A stretch of 64,000 nucleotides of DNA from an uncultured Flavobacteriaceae bacterium (GTDB taxonomy: Bacteria; Bacteroidota; Bacteroidia; Flavobacteriales; Flavobacteriaceae): assembly GCA_938020445.1 (NCBI GenBank), contig CALIIC010000027.1:123-64122 (forward strand), given 5' to 3'. The notes under the pieces are model-generated. The model had not been told where the DNA came from and ran no database searches. It saw only the letters and a list, made by a program, of their open reading frames with translations. Every line of letters begins with the position of its first letter. Position 1 is the first letter of the stretch. Shown piece by piece: positions 26,835-37,400 of this stretch. The translations under genes and the position numbers were made by a program.

Positions 26835-29366
26835 TTACCCCTTTATATTTGCTTCATTTTTCACATTCTCTTTACCAATAGAGAGCATGTTTGCAAAAAG
26901 TTTGTAGGCACCAGGTACGCCGGCAGGTAGTTCTCTAAAAAAGCTGAGCCCGGTATAGATATAGTTGCCCTCTCCATAAGGAGCCACTAACAAGCTTCCT
27001 TTTTTTGCCGATTCCCCTTTGTCCTTCATTGAGAGTATTGGCGTAAAGGCTTTGTCCCACTCGTTGGGAAAGTAAAGCCCTCTTTCCTGTACCCACCCAT
27101 CAAAATCTTTCTCTTCGATAGCATTGGGAAAACTGGTCAGGGAGTGTTTTTTCGCCAAAATACTTACTTCTGAATTTTCATTGGTAACACGGTCCCGCGA
27201 CAATTGCAAAGGGTAGGGGGAGATGTTTTCAAATTGCTTGTTCCAACGGCCTGCAGTATTGTATTGTACGATCAGGTTTCCTCCATTTTTGACATATTCA
27301 AGCAGAAAGCGTTGTTTGAACTTAAGTTCTGGCACCACGTTATATGAGCGTATACCTGTTACAATCGCGTCGTATTTATCCAAAGTACCTTCACCAATAC
27401 TTTGCGGGTCGATGATATGTACGGTATAGCCAATTTGTTCCAAACTGGTGGGGACATCATCTCCCGCTCCTACAATATAGCCGATGTTCTGTCCCATTTT
27501 TTGAATATTCAATCGCACCACCTTGGCTTCGGCGGGAAGTAAAATAGATTGTTTGGGAACGTGGTCATAGTTGATTTCGATCAATTCCTTTGAGATTACC
27601 TTTCCTCCAATTTTTACCAAAGGACGAATAATGCCTTCATTTTCAAATGCCGGAGGAGTAAGTGTAAAAACCAGTTCTTGTTGGTCTCCTTTTTTAGCAA
27701 TCGTAAAGTTCTTGGTATCCGTATCTACGGTCCAACCCTTTGAATATTGAAATTGCACCTCACCTTGCGCATTATCTTTGTGTGCTTTTACGGTCACCGA
27801 TACTTCTTTTGATTTGCCATCGGCAAAAATCAATACTTTATCACGAATGCTTGCGGTCGCCTCTGGCAGAATTTCAAATGGTTGTACCAATTCACCCTTA
27901 TCGGGTTTCGCAAATTTGCGTACCACCGGTTTCACTATTTGAAAAGTGTAACCGTTCATCGTGATATCAAAAATCGCGTGGAAAGCCCTAGGAGTTTCCG
28001 GTTTTCCGATGAGGGACTTATCTGCCACCTCGTACATCCCCAGACTTCCTTTTTCATTTAGCCAATAAGCATTCGTCGTTGCTGTATTGGAAGGGATTTT
28101 TAAATCCATTTCTAAAACAACCTTTTTGTTCTCGCCGAGTGTATTGGAAGTTGTTATCGCGGTATCCTCATTAATATATACTGAATTTAAGGTCATTTCA
28201 ACCGCACTACGGTTCAATGCCTCAATGGCCACTTTTACCGTTCCTCCGGCATAGCTATAAGCGTCCGCTGCGGATGCTTCAAGATACAACCCGGCAGCGG
28301 CCGAAATAATGGTTTCTAATTCTTGTAATTTAATACCTTTCCAATGACCATCGGATAAACTACTCAGTAGCTGATGGGCCTTGATCAATTGTGGAAGGTG
28401 CGAACTAGGATTTTTAAAATCAAAATTTTCTTCGATGGGGTCTAAAATAGCGCCTACGGCCTTGCCACCTTCAATTCGTGACCAAGAGGTGTCGATTCCA
28501 TCGAATAAATCGTTTTTATTTTTTGGCAGTTCGCCTTTAAGCAATTCAACATATTCATTTTGACTACCTCTTGTAGAAAGTCTTCCGAAGCCTTGGCACA
28601 AATGCTGGCTACTGGCCAAGGAGGCAATTTCGTTATTCGAAACTCCTAGAACAGGGTAATAGGTCCCCACATCAAAATTCAACATATTGCTCTTATCGGC
28701 AGCTTCAAATTTTTCTTGGCTACCATAGAACCACCAAGAGGTATTGAAAAAGAGTCGTTTGGGTTGCCAAGTCTCCAAAGTACTTAATTGATCCGAATAG
28801 ACATTAGGGTCATTCACAAGATCAAAAGCTTCAAAACTCAACATTGCAGATGATGTATGATGGCCATGGGTCCTCCCTGGCGAACGATGATCAAAACGAT
28901 TAACGATTACATCAGGCTTAAACTGCCGGATGATGCGGACCACGTCTTCCAAAACAGCTTCCTTATTCCAGATTTGCAGGGTTTCATCGGGATGTTTGGA
29001 ATATCCGAAATCATTTGCCCTTGAAAAAAACTGCTGTGCACCATCTACACTTCGTGCCGCTAGGAGTTCCTGTGTTCGCAATACCCCGAGCAGTTCTCTT
29101 AATTCCGGACCAATTAAATTTTGACCACCATCGCCGCGGGTCAATGACAAATACGCGGTTCTGGCTTTCACATGATTGGCGAGGTAGGAAATGAGTCGTG
29201 TGTTCTCATCATCGGGATGTGCAGCCACATAGAGTGCTGAGCCCAAAAAATTCAGTTTTTGAATCGAATGATAAAGATCTGAGGAATTTGTTTTAGAACT
29301 TTTCTGGGAATGACAACCCGTGGTTAGTAGTAGTGAACTGGCTAAAAGCAATAAAAATCGAAGCAT
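26835..29366 (-). CDS. PIG-L/LmbE family deacetylase, large lipoprotein (ORF track start 29453)
   Basis: AAHPDDE, LTRGDGGQN, HGHH; lipobox TTGC; -7 element at 29395-29388 supports the shorter start. Confidence 0.9.
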   Translation of the reverse strand: MLRFLLLLASSLLLTTGCHSQKSSKTNSSDLYHSIQKLNFLGSALYVAAHPDDENTRLISYLANHVKARTAYLSLTRGDGGQNLIGPELRELLGVLRTQELLAARSVDGAQQFFSRANDFGYSKHPDETLQIWNKEAVLEDVVRIIRQFKPDVIVNRFDHRSPGRTHGHHTSSAMLSFEAFDLVNDPNVYSDQLSTLETWQPKRLFFNTSWWFYGSQEKFEAADKSNMLNFDVGTYYPVLGVSNNEIASLASSQHLCQGFGRLSTRGSQNEYVELLKGELPKNKNDLFDGIDTSWSRIEGGKAVGAILDPIEENFDFKNPSSHLPQLIKAHQLLSSLSDGHWKGIKLQELETIISAAAGLYLEASAADAYSYAGGTVKVAIEALNRSAVEMTLNSVYINEDTAITTSNTLGENKKVVLEMDLKIPSNTATTNAYWLNEKGSLGMYEVADKSLIGKPETPRAFHAIFDITMNGYTFQIVKPVVRKFAKPDKGELVQPFEILPEATASIRDKVLIFADGKSKEVSVTVKAHKDNAQGEVQFQYSKGWTVDTDTKNFTIAKKGDQQELVFTLTPPAFENEGIIRPLVKIGGKVISKELIEINYDHVPKQSILLPAEAKVVRLNIQKMGQNIGYIVGAGDDVPTSLEQIGYTVHIIDPQSIGEGTLDKYDAIVTGIRSYNVVPELKFKQRFLLEYVKNGGNLIVQYNTAGRWNKQFENISPYPLQLSRDRVTNENSEVSILAKKHSLTSFPNAIEEKDFDGWVQERGLYFPNEWDKAFTPILSMKDKGESAKKGSLLVAPYGEGNYIYTGLSFFRELPAGVPGAYKLFANMLSIGKENVKNEANIKG

Positions 29367-29439
29367 ATGTTGTATTTCGTTGGCATTCAAAGATAGAAAG
29401 ATAAATAGGCACCCATTCTCTTTTAAATATTCTTTAACA

Positions 29440-30015
29440 CTAAAGGGAGTCACCGCGTTTAGAATCCTCTCCCAAACGATTTACAAGTGTTACGGCCTTT
29501 TGCAGCAACATGTTATTTGGGTAGGTAATTAGTTCCTCTCGGTCATTTCTAAGGTGAATGTGATACGCGGTAATATCCTCGATTTCAAAAATAGGTAACT
29601 GTTCATTTTCTCCTGAAATCATGTCCTTGTCCATAATCTTAATGCGATCGCCAATTTTAAAGGGAAAGGAAAAAAAGAGGATTACCCCGGAAGTAAGGTT
29701 GCTTAAAATAGACCATTGGGCAAACAAAGCAACACCTATGACCGCAAAAACAGAGGAAAACAAGAGTCCTAATTCTTTAAAGTTTACACCCCAGACAAAG
29801 ACCAATACTCCAAACCCTAAAAAGCTCAACAAGAAGGAAACATACCGAAGAATTAAACGGGTTCGCGCCTCTACAATATTACTAAGATGCCCAATTCTGC
29901 GTACCATTTTAAAGCTAAGAAACCGAACAAGGAATAGGGCCAAAAGTGTGATGGCCGAACCTAGAAGTTCACTTTTATTACTGGCTATAAATTCTTCCAT
30001 AAACCTAGAGTCCAA
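29440..30015 (-). CDS. Small-conductance mechanosensitive channel (MscS family)
   Basis: WSILSNLTSGVILFFSFPFKIGDRI, YPNN. Confidence 0.88.
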   Translation of the reverse strand: MDSRFMEEFIASNKSELLGSAITLLALFLVRFLSFKMVRRIGHLSNIVEARTRLILRYVSFLLSFLGFGVLVFVWGVNFKELGLLFSSVFAVIGVALFAQWSILSNLTSGVILFFSFPFKIGDRIKIMDKDMISGENEQLPIFEIEDITAYHIHLRNDREELITYPNNMLLQKAVTLVNRLGEDSKRGDSL

Positions 30016-30958
30016 GGGTATCGCGCAGTGGTAAAAATCGATTGCTGTTTTTTTGCCAGTAAGGGCTCTTGATGGTTTTGACTTTTTTAGCGGTAGAGGT
30101 CAATACTTTCGCATTGCTTCCATATCCACTTTTGAAAGATTCCTTCCATCCCTCGATAAGGTGCGGAAAGGCGGTTCTAAATTGTATTGCAAGGGTTCTA
30201 CCCAGTTCGGGATAATTGATTTCGTACGTACTAAACGCCCCTTCTTGATGTAAAACGGCAGTGGCATTATACGCTTGTAAGGGTTTGTGCGTCAATCGAA
30301 TATATTCCATTGAAGGGATGACTTGTAGCGTTCCGACAGGAAGCCCTTCCGGGTTGATACGTATCTTGTTCCAAAGTTCATTTTCGAGCGTGGTTTTTTC
30401 CAATTGTAATGATTGATCTGCTTCGGTCTCAAAATAGGAATGGGATAGTACTTCAAATGTTTCTCGATTATTCAATTGTGCATAGACTTGTCCGCACCAT
30501 TCCTGTGATGAAAAAGAGACTTTTACCGCATGCCCATTATCTTTCACCGGATAAAAACTACTGCTCATAATGGAATAGGGGTAAATACCCGTCAAATAAT
30601 TTTTGGTACTGTTGAGTTTTAAAACGGGAATGTTATCAGGTCGATTCCCATCGGCCTTTACCTGTTTTTCTGCTAAAAAAGGTTCCGTTACAAAAATCAA
30701 TACCGAGGATCCTTCTCGCAATTCCCCATAACGGGCCTGTTCAAGTTGATACGAGGTAATCTCCGCTTCCCCAGCATACCAGTAAGCTTTGAATGCCTCT
30801 GAAATAGGCTTTTCTTCCTTTGTGTCAAACGCCTTTTCGACGGCTGTATTTAAGGCCATTTTTGTTTTGTCGACTACTGTTTTTTCCTTGCAGGAAAATG
30901 TCGTGAGGAGCATCAATACCGAAACTTGGGTCAGGATTGTATAGTTGAATCGCTTCAT
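30005..30958 (-). CDS. Conserved hypothetical lipoprotein
   Basis: Lipobox TFSC; YWYAGEAEITSY, QEWCGQ; no Maf motifs. Confidence 0.75.
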   Translation of the reverse strand: MKRFNYTILTQVSVLMLLTTFSCKEKTVVDKTKMALNTAVEKAFDTKEEKPISEAFKAYWYAGEAEITSYQLEQARYGELREGSSVLIFVTEPFLAEKQVKADGNRPDNIPVLKLNSTKNYLTGIYPYSIMSSSFYPVKDNGHAVKVSFSSQEWCGQVYAQLNNRETFEVLSHSYFETEADQSLQLEKTTLENELWNKIRINPEGLPVGTLQVIPSMEYIRLTHKPLQAYNATAVLHQEGAFSTYEINYPELGRTLAIQFRTAFPHLIEGWKESFKSGYGSNAKVLTSTAKKVKTIKSPYWQKNSNRFLPLRDTLGL

Positions 30959-30993
30959 ATTTACCGATTTTTATCAAAATTACCGAAAAACAG

Positions 30994-31581
30994 CTAGTTT
31001 ACCATGCTTGTTAACGTTTTGTACAAGAGATGGGTAGGCAGTCCCATAACGGTATTGTAAGATCCCTGGATTTCTTCTATGGCAATATGTCCCAACCATT
31101 CCTGAATGCCGTAAGCACCTGCCTTGTCAAAGGGTTTGTAGGTGTCTACATAAAATTGGATTTCCGCTTCGGAAAGTACTTTGAATTTTACTTTGGTCGT
31201 ATCCCGTACCGTAGTTTTGTCTTTTTTCGTTGCAAAACAGACAGATGTAATGACCTCATGCCAGTCACCCGATAGGGCTCGCAGCATTGAATAGGCTTCT
31301 TTATGGTCCGCTGCCTTGGCCAAGGAGACCTGATCATGCCATACTACGGTATCTGAAGTAATCAAAATTTCGTTTTCCGCGAGGGTGCCATCGAATGCAG
31401 CCGCTTTCAATTCGGCTAAAAAATCGGAAATCGCGCCGCCTTGAAGGTGCGGGGGGTATACTTCTTCCGTTTCTTTGAGCCGTATTTCAAAATTAAGCCC
31501 CAACTCTTTAAAAAATTGCTGACGTCTTGGAGAGCCCGAGGCCAAAATGAGTCGATAATTTTTAAGTGCTTCCTGTACCAT
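30994..31581 (-). CDS. maf: Maf family nucleoside triphosphate pyrophosphatase (ORF track start 31614)
   Basis: LILASGSPRRQ, SDTVV, DKAGAYGIQ, VMGLP. Confidence 0.93.
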   Translation of the reverse strand: MVQEALKNYRLILASGSPRRQQFFKELGLNFEIRLKETEEVYPPHLQGGAISDFLAELKAAAFDGTLAENEILITSDTVVWHDQVSLAKAADHKEAYSMLRALSGDWHEVITSVCFATKKDKTTVRDTTKVKFKVLSEAEIQFYVDTYKPFDKAGAYGIQEWLGHIAIEEIQGSYNTVMGLPTHLLYKTLTSMVN

Positions 31582-31585
31582 TTTA

Positions 31586-32113
31586 TCAAGCGTTTTTCGC
31601 ATCGAAATTTCCATACCAATCGCCGCGTACTTTTAATACTTGGCGGATCACATCTCGTACACATCCGTCACCACCATTTTGATGGGAAATGTATGTGCAT
31701 ACCTCTTTCACCTCGGGTGCCGCATCTTGCGGACAAGTAGGCAAACCCACCAATTTTAACGGTGGAATGTCGGGTAGGTCATCACCCATATAGAGTACAT
31801 TTTTAGGCGCTATTTGATGGGTGCTCAAAAAATCGTTCAAGGGGTCGTTCTTTTGGTGAGCACCCAAGAAAATATGTTGTACCCCTAAGCCACTTAACCG
31901 CTTCCGTACCCCTTCGTTGGTGCCTCCCGAGATAATACATACATGGTAGCCTTTGTCAAGCGCCGTTTTTAGGGCATAACCGTCTTTGACGTTCATTTTT
32001 CGAAGCATTTCACCTTCGGTGGTAATCAAGAGTGTACCATCGGTGAATACACCGTCAACATCAAAAACAAAGGTGGTAATGTCCTCTAATAATTCTTTAT
32101 AGCTTTTTTTCAA
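31586..32113 (-). CDS. kdsC: KdsC-family HAD phosphatase
   Basis: FDVDGVFTDG, KDGY, YMGDDLPD, GGDGCVR. Confidence 0.88.
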   Translation of the reverse strand: MKKSYKELLEDITTFVFDVDGVFTDGTLLITTEGEMLRKMNVKDGYALKTALDKGYHVCIISGGTNEGVRKRLSGLGVQHIFLGAHQKNDPLNDFLSTHQIAPKNVLYMGDDLPDIPPLKLVGLPTCPQDAAPEVKEVCTYISHQNGGDGCVRDVIRQVLKVRGDWYGNFDAKNA

Positions 32114-32877
32114 GGTTGGTTGTTTTGGTGGGTTTTAGTAATTGCATTGCTTAACAAGGTGTAAATGTCTTTTTCTAATTGCCCTTCTAAAAGAGATAAA
32201 TGGCGTTCCTGGGTTTTCAGATCCCCACGTTTCGCAGGGCCGGTCTGCATTTCGTAAGGCGCTGCTTCTGATACTTTTGCGGCTGTTTCCAAAATCAACG
32301 GACTTAAAATGGAAAAGGGTACTTGCTGTTCCGCACAAATCGAATGGGCGATATGATATAGATGGTTGGTGAAATTATTTGCAAAAACGGCCGCCAAATG
32401 AATGCTCTTGCGTTGTTCTGAATCGATATAATAATGCTGATCCGAAACGGACATGGCCAATTGGGATAAGAGCGAGCGATTCTTTTCAGTATTGGCTTCT
32501 ATGCAAATGGGTACTTCTTTGAAGTTTATCGAACGTTGCTTGCTAAAGGTCTGTAAGGGATAAAATACCCCGTAATTGGTATGATTCGAAAGCACTTGCA
32601 TGGGAACACTCCCTGAAGTATGAACAACCACCCCTTTTGAATCGTTTACCAATTCGGAGACCTCAAAAATATGGTCATCGCTAATGGCCAAAAAATAAAT
32701 ATCGGATTTTACCAACGCTGTCCCGTTTTCAAGCAGGGTAGCCGTTTCTCCAAAATATTTTAAAGCCGCACTGTTGCGACCAGCGACCTGCGAAACGGTA
32801 ATTTCATCACTTTGGGAAAAAACACGGTACAAGTGCCGCGCAATATTTCCAGTGCCGATGATGGTTGTGGTAATCAT
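32110..32877 (-). CDS. Rossmann-like / DUF2520 oxidoreductase
   Basis: IGTGNIA, HTSGS, YPLQTFS, HLAAVFANNF, QTGPAKRGD. Confidence 0.88.
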   Translation of the reverse strand: MITTTIIGTGNIARHLYRVFSQSDEITVSQVAGRNSAALKYFGETATLLENGTALVKSDIYFLAISDDHIFEVSELVNDSKGVVVHTSGSVPMQVLSNHTNYGVFYPLQTFSKQRSINFKEVPICIEANTEKNRSLLSQLAMSVSDQHYYIDSEQRKSIHLAAVFANNFTNHLYHIAHSICAEQQVPFSILSPLILETAAKVSEAAPYEMQTGPAKRGDLKTQERHLSLLEGQLEKDIYTLLSNAITKTHQNNQP

Positions 32878-32893
32878 ATCACGAAAGTAGGAA

Positions 32894-33478
32894 TTACAGG
32901 ATGATTTTATGGTTTTCGAGACGCAGCTTTTTTTCAGATTCTAGCTTTTTAATGGCCCGTATAACGGTTTCCACTCGCAGTCCTGTTAATTCGGCAATTT
33001 GTTGCCTGGTAATCGGAACGGTAAACGCCTGTTGGTCTTGCTGGTTTTTAAGATAGCCCAAAAACGTAAGAATCCGGTGTTCGGGAGGATGCACGGAAAC
33101 TTCTTTACCAATCATCGCTTTGTATGCCAAACGGTTGCAGAGCAGTCGTGTAAATCCTAAATGCACTTCGGGATTGCCCACCAGCAACGCTAGAAAATCC
33201 TTTTTCAATAACCGCATAAGCTGTGTCTTTTCCGTCGCCATCGCTGCTGCCGGGTATGAGAAGCTGCCAAAAAGAGGCGGCTCTCCAAAACTCTTGCCAT
33301 CTTCAAAAATACCTTGAACAAATTCCTTTCCTTCTTCTGTAAGGTTATACATTTTCACAGCACCTTTTACAATTTGATAATAATAATCGGCCCTGCTCCC
33401 TTCATCGAAGAGTACTTCATTTTTTTCGAGTGTAATCGTTCGTGCACCAAATTGAATGAGAAGTGTTTCAGCTATCAT
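32894..33478 (-). CDS. Crp/Fnr family transcriptional regulator (no Fe-S Cys motif)
   Basis: SFGEPPL, HTH TRQQIAELTGLRVETVIR. Confidence 0.92.
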   Translation of the reverse strand: MIAETLLIQFGARTITLEKNEVLFDEGSRADYYYQIVKGAVKMYNLTEEGKEFVQGIFEDGKSFGEPPLFGSFSYPAAAMATEKTQLMRLLKKDFLALLVGNPEVHLGFTRLLCNRLAYKAMIGKEVSVHPPEHRILTFLGYLKNQQDQQAFTVPITRQQIAELTGLRVETVIRAIKKLESEKKLRLENHKIIL

Positions 33479-33485
33479 AGGATCG

Positions 33486-33531
33486 TATGATTCAAATCAT
33501 AAACAGGAGGTATGCGCTCGGGCTAACTTTG
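33486..33531 (+). promoter_or_regulatory. Crp/Fnr-type box TATGAT-N4-ATCATA and -7 element TAACTTTG
   Basis: Palindrome at 33486-33501; TAnnTTTG at 33524-33531. Confidence 0.65.
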
Positions 33532-33556
33532 TTTTGAACAATAAAAATACAAAGCA

Positions 33557-33835
33557 ATGAACGTTTTTAACAGTATATCCCACAGTTTTAGATCTTCTTA
33601 TATGATGATGATCCCACTTTCAATCATTTTTCAAAGTTGTTTGGGTTCGATTGCCGCTTTATATATTTTAAAGACTGGTGGTACTTTTCTATTGCTACAA
33701 CTAGGAATCTGTATCAGTGTCACCATGGTTTACAACGCCTCGGTGCTGGCCCAAATGAAGACAGACCTGGTCTTCAAACTTTTGCTTTTGAGTGTAGTGG
33801 TAAACCTACTTCTCTTATGCATACAGGTTTTTTAA
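33557..33835 (+). CDS. Small hypothetical membrane protein (about 3 TM)
   Basis: Hydrophobic; IIFQSCLGSIAA motif. Confidence 0.75.
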   Translation: MNVFNSISHSFRSSYMMMIPLSIIFQSCLGSIAALYILKTGGTFLLLQLGICISVTMVYNASVLAQMKTDLVFKLLLLSVVVNLLLLCIQVF

Positions 33836-33866
33836 GTCGAATAATTGAATACCTTTAGTTATTCCT

Positions 33867-34256
33867 ATGAAACAGAAAGAAATTAAGGACAGGACCGATG
33901 TATATGAACTTGTCGATACGTTTTATATAAAGATCAGGGCCGATGATTTGCTTGGACCTATTTTCGAAAAGCATATAAATGACTGGCCAAAACACTTAGA
34001 CCGACTTACGGATTTCTGGGAGACCAACTTGTTTTTTGTGCGAAAGTTTAAGGGAAATCCATTGTTAAAGCACCAACTGGTAGATGCTGCTGCGGGGCAC
34101 ACGATCAACGAGCACCATTTTGGAAGGTGGCTCAATCTATGGTTCGAAACGGTTGATGCACTTTTTGTGGGGGAAAAAGCGACCATTGCCAAAAACCGCG
34201 CCCGAAACATGGGTACTTTTTTTCATGTAAGTATGTTTCAAGCTCGGCAAGGCTAA
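33867..34256 (+). CDS. Group III truncated hemoglobin
   Basis: LVDTFYIKIRADDLLGPIF, WPKHL...FW, HFGRWLNLWFET. Confidence 0.92.
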   Translation: MKQKEIKDRTDVYELVDTFYIKIRADDLLGPIFEKHINDWPKHLDRLTDFWETNLFFVRKFKGNPLLKHQLVDAAAGHTINEHHFGRWLNLWFETVDALFVGEKATIAKNRARNMGTFFHVSMFQARQG

Positions 34257-34419
34257 CTATGGATCGAAGTAGTCCGTTCAACTTCAAGGCATGTTCCTCT
34301 TTCTATTTTAAAATCAAATCTTTTGAGACAACTTAAATTGAAAGATTAAGTCGTACGATGTCCTTGAAAAACCACAAAAAGGCCGTAATTTTGCTTGCTG
34401 AAAATCAAAGGCCTGCGAA

Positions 34420-37400
34420 ATGACAGAATTGCTTAAGAAAATTTTCTTTTCCACTCGTTTAATGGCTGTTTTGTTTCTTGTTTTCGGTACGGCGATGGGC
34501 TTTGGTACCTTTATAGAAAGCAAGTATAGTACCGAGACGGCGCGCATATGGATCTATAACACCACTTGGTTCGAGGCGATCATGGTGTTTTTCGTAATCA
34601 ACTTCGCCGGTAACATTTTTAGATACCGCCTGCTGCGGTGGGAGAAATGGCCCGTTTTAACACTACACCTTTCTTGGATTTTGATTATTGTCGGCGCCTT
34701 TATCACACGCTATATCAGTTATGAGGGAATGATGCCTATTCGAGAAGGCAATTCTGAAAAAGTATTCTATTCGGATAAGACATATCTAACGGCCTATGTT
34801 GATGGAGAAATTGATGGTGAACCAAAGCGCAAAATTCTTCAAGAAGATATTATTGTTACACCTGAAGCCTTAAAATCTAGCCTCCCTTGGCATGATGATT
34901 ACAATGGAATACCATTTTCGGTTTCCTATGTTGATTTTATCAAAGGTGCCGAAGAAGGACTTATACCAGATGAGAATGGTCAGGCTTTTTTGAAAATTGT
35001 AGAATCTGGTGAAGGGCAACGGCATGACCACTATCTCGAAGATGGCAAGGTAGCAAGCATTCACAATGTATTATTTGCACTGAACAAGCCTACCAATGGC
35101 GCAATCAATATTTTCACTACGGATAGTACCTATCAAATAAAATCACCTTTCGAGGGGAGTTTTATGAGAATGGCCGATCAATTTCAGGGACAAGTACTGA
35201 AAGATAGCCTACAGCAATTGCAACTGCGTTCGCTGTATTCCACTGCAGGAATGCAATTTGTGATTCCCGACCCATTGTTAAAAGGGGTTTATGGCGTAGT
35301 GCCCCTGCCAAAGGACAAAGTGACCAAGGAATCCGCAGATGCCCTTATAGTAGAAGTAACGGTAAATGGGGAAACCCAAAGACAAACCTTATTAGGAGGT
35401 AAGGGTAGGGGAGATTTCAGTGATAAGTTCAAAGTAGGCGGCCTCGATGTAATGATGAGCTACGGTTCAAAGGTATACGAGCTACCTTTTAGCATTAAGT
35501 TGAATGATTTCATTGCAGAGAAATATCCGGGTACCGAAAATGGGTACGCTTCTTTTATGAGTAAAATTACGGTAGAGGATGACCGTCCTTTTGATTATGA
35601 TATATTCATGAACCATGTACTGGATCATTCTGGATATCGTTTTTTTCAATCGAGTTTTCATCCCGATGAAAAAGGTACGATCTTATCGGTAAACCACGAT
35701 CAATGGGGCACTTGGATTACGTATATCGGATATTTTCTTCTGTATATAGGCCTTATGGGAATTATGTTCTTTGGGAAGACCCGCTTCAAAGACCTTTCTC
35801 GAGCGTTGGGAAAATTAGATAAGAAAAAGAAAACGATAAGTACCTTGTTATTGTTCCTTATGGTATCGATAACGAATGGACAAGAGCATGGCCCCAATGA
35901 TGGTCATGACCATACACCTAGTACCGGAACACCACCCAGTACCGAGCAGATCGATTCTTTATTAATGGCAACGATGGTCTCCGAAGCGCATGCCGAAAAG
36001 TTTGGAAAGCTTGTTATTCAGGATGAAGGCGGCCGTATGAAACCCATCAATACATTTTCTTCCGAATTATTACGAAAGTTAAGCCTGAAGGATAAGTTCA
36101 AAGGGATGGATTCCGATCAAGTATTCTTATCCATGATGGCGAACCCCGCCCTTTGGTACAATGCAGAATTCATAGCGGTCGATAAAAAAGGAAAGAACGA
36201 TAGCATCCGAAAAGTGATTGGGGTACCGGCCGGTCAACGGTTTGTGAAAGCGGTTGATTTTTTCGATGAGCAAGGCAGGTACAAATTGGAACCCTTTTTA
36301 AGGGAAGCCACTGCCACGAATAATCCCAATAAATTTCAGCAAGATTACAAAGACGCAAACATGCGGCTAAGTTTATTAGATCAGGCACTACAGGGAAGTA
36401 TTGTAAAGATTTTCCCCCTTTTGAACGATGAAAATAACAAATGGATTTCTGCTTTGGAATACCGAGGTGGCCAATACCAAATTCCTGATTCGCTCTACGG
36501 TAATTTTGTAAAGAATGCAATTCCATACTATTTGATGTCCTTACAAAAAGCCCAACGCAGCGGTAATTATGAGGAGCCGGATAAATTGTTGGAGGCCTTC
36601 AAACAGAATCAAAAAAACCATGGCAGCGAAGTGCTGCCCTCAGATCGAAAAATTGAAACCGAAGTAGTCTACAATAAACTCAATATTTTCGGGCAACTAT
36701 GGCGCCTGTATCCCGTCGTAGGCTTGTTAATGTTCTTTATCTTGATATTCCAAATCTTTAAAGACCGCTCTATCTGGAGAGTCGCGGTCTATTTTTTCAA
36801 GGGTACCATCATTGTTCTTTTTCTATGGCATACCACTGGACTCATTTTACGCTGGTACAGTTCGGGTCATGCCCCTTGGAGTAATGCCTATGAGAGTATT
36901 TTGTACGTAGCGTGGGCAACCATGGGAATGGGACTTGCTTTCGGGAAGAGGAGTAATTTGACCATTGCGGCCTCCACATTTGTGGCCGGTATGCTCTTGT
37001 GGATCGCCCATCAAAATTGGGTGGATCCGTCTATCGGCAATCTACAACCAGTACTGGATAGCTATTGGCTCATGATACATGTGGCAGTTATTGTTGGTAG
37101 TTATGGGCCTTTGACCGTGGGAATGATCCTCGGTGTGGTTGCGCTGCTTTTGATGTTGCTAACGACCAAAAAGAACAAGGCCCGGATGGAGGTAAGTTTA
37201 AAAGAATTGACCATTATCAATGAAATTACGCTGACCGTCGGGTTGATCATGCTGACCATTGGGAATTTTCTGGGAGGACAATGGGCCAACGAAAGTTGGG
37301 GACGCTATTGGGGTTGGGACCCTAAAGAGACGTGGGCCTTGATTTCGATCATGGTATATGCATTTGTCATACACACCCGTTTGGTTCCCGGTCTTCGGGG

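Noticed and set aside
30005-30958. Second Maf-like protein
   Set aside because: No Maf motifs; the true Maf is the adjacent gene
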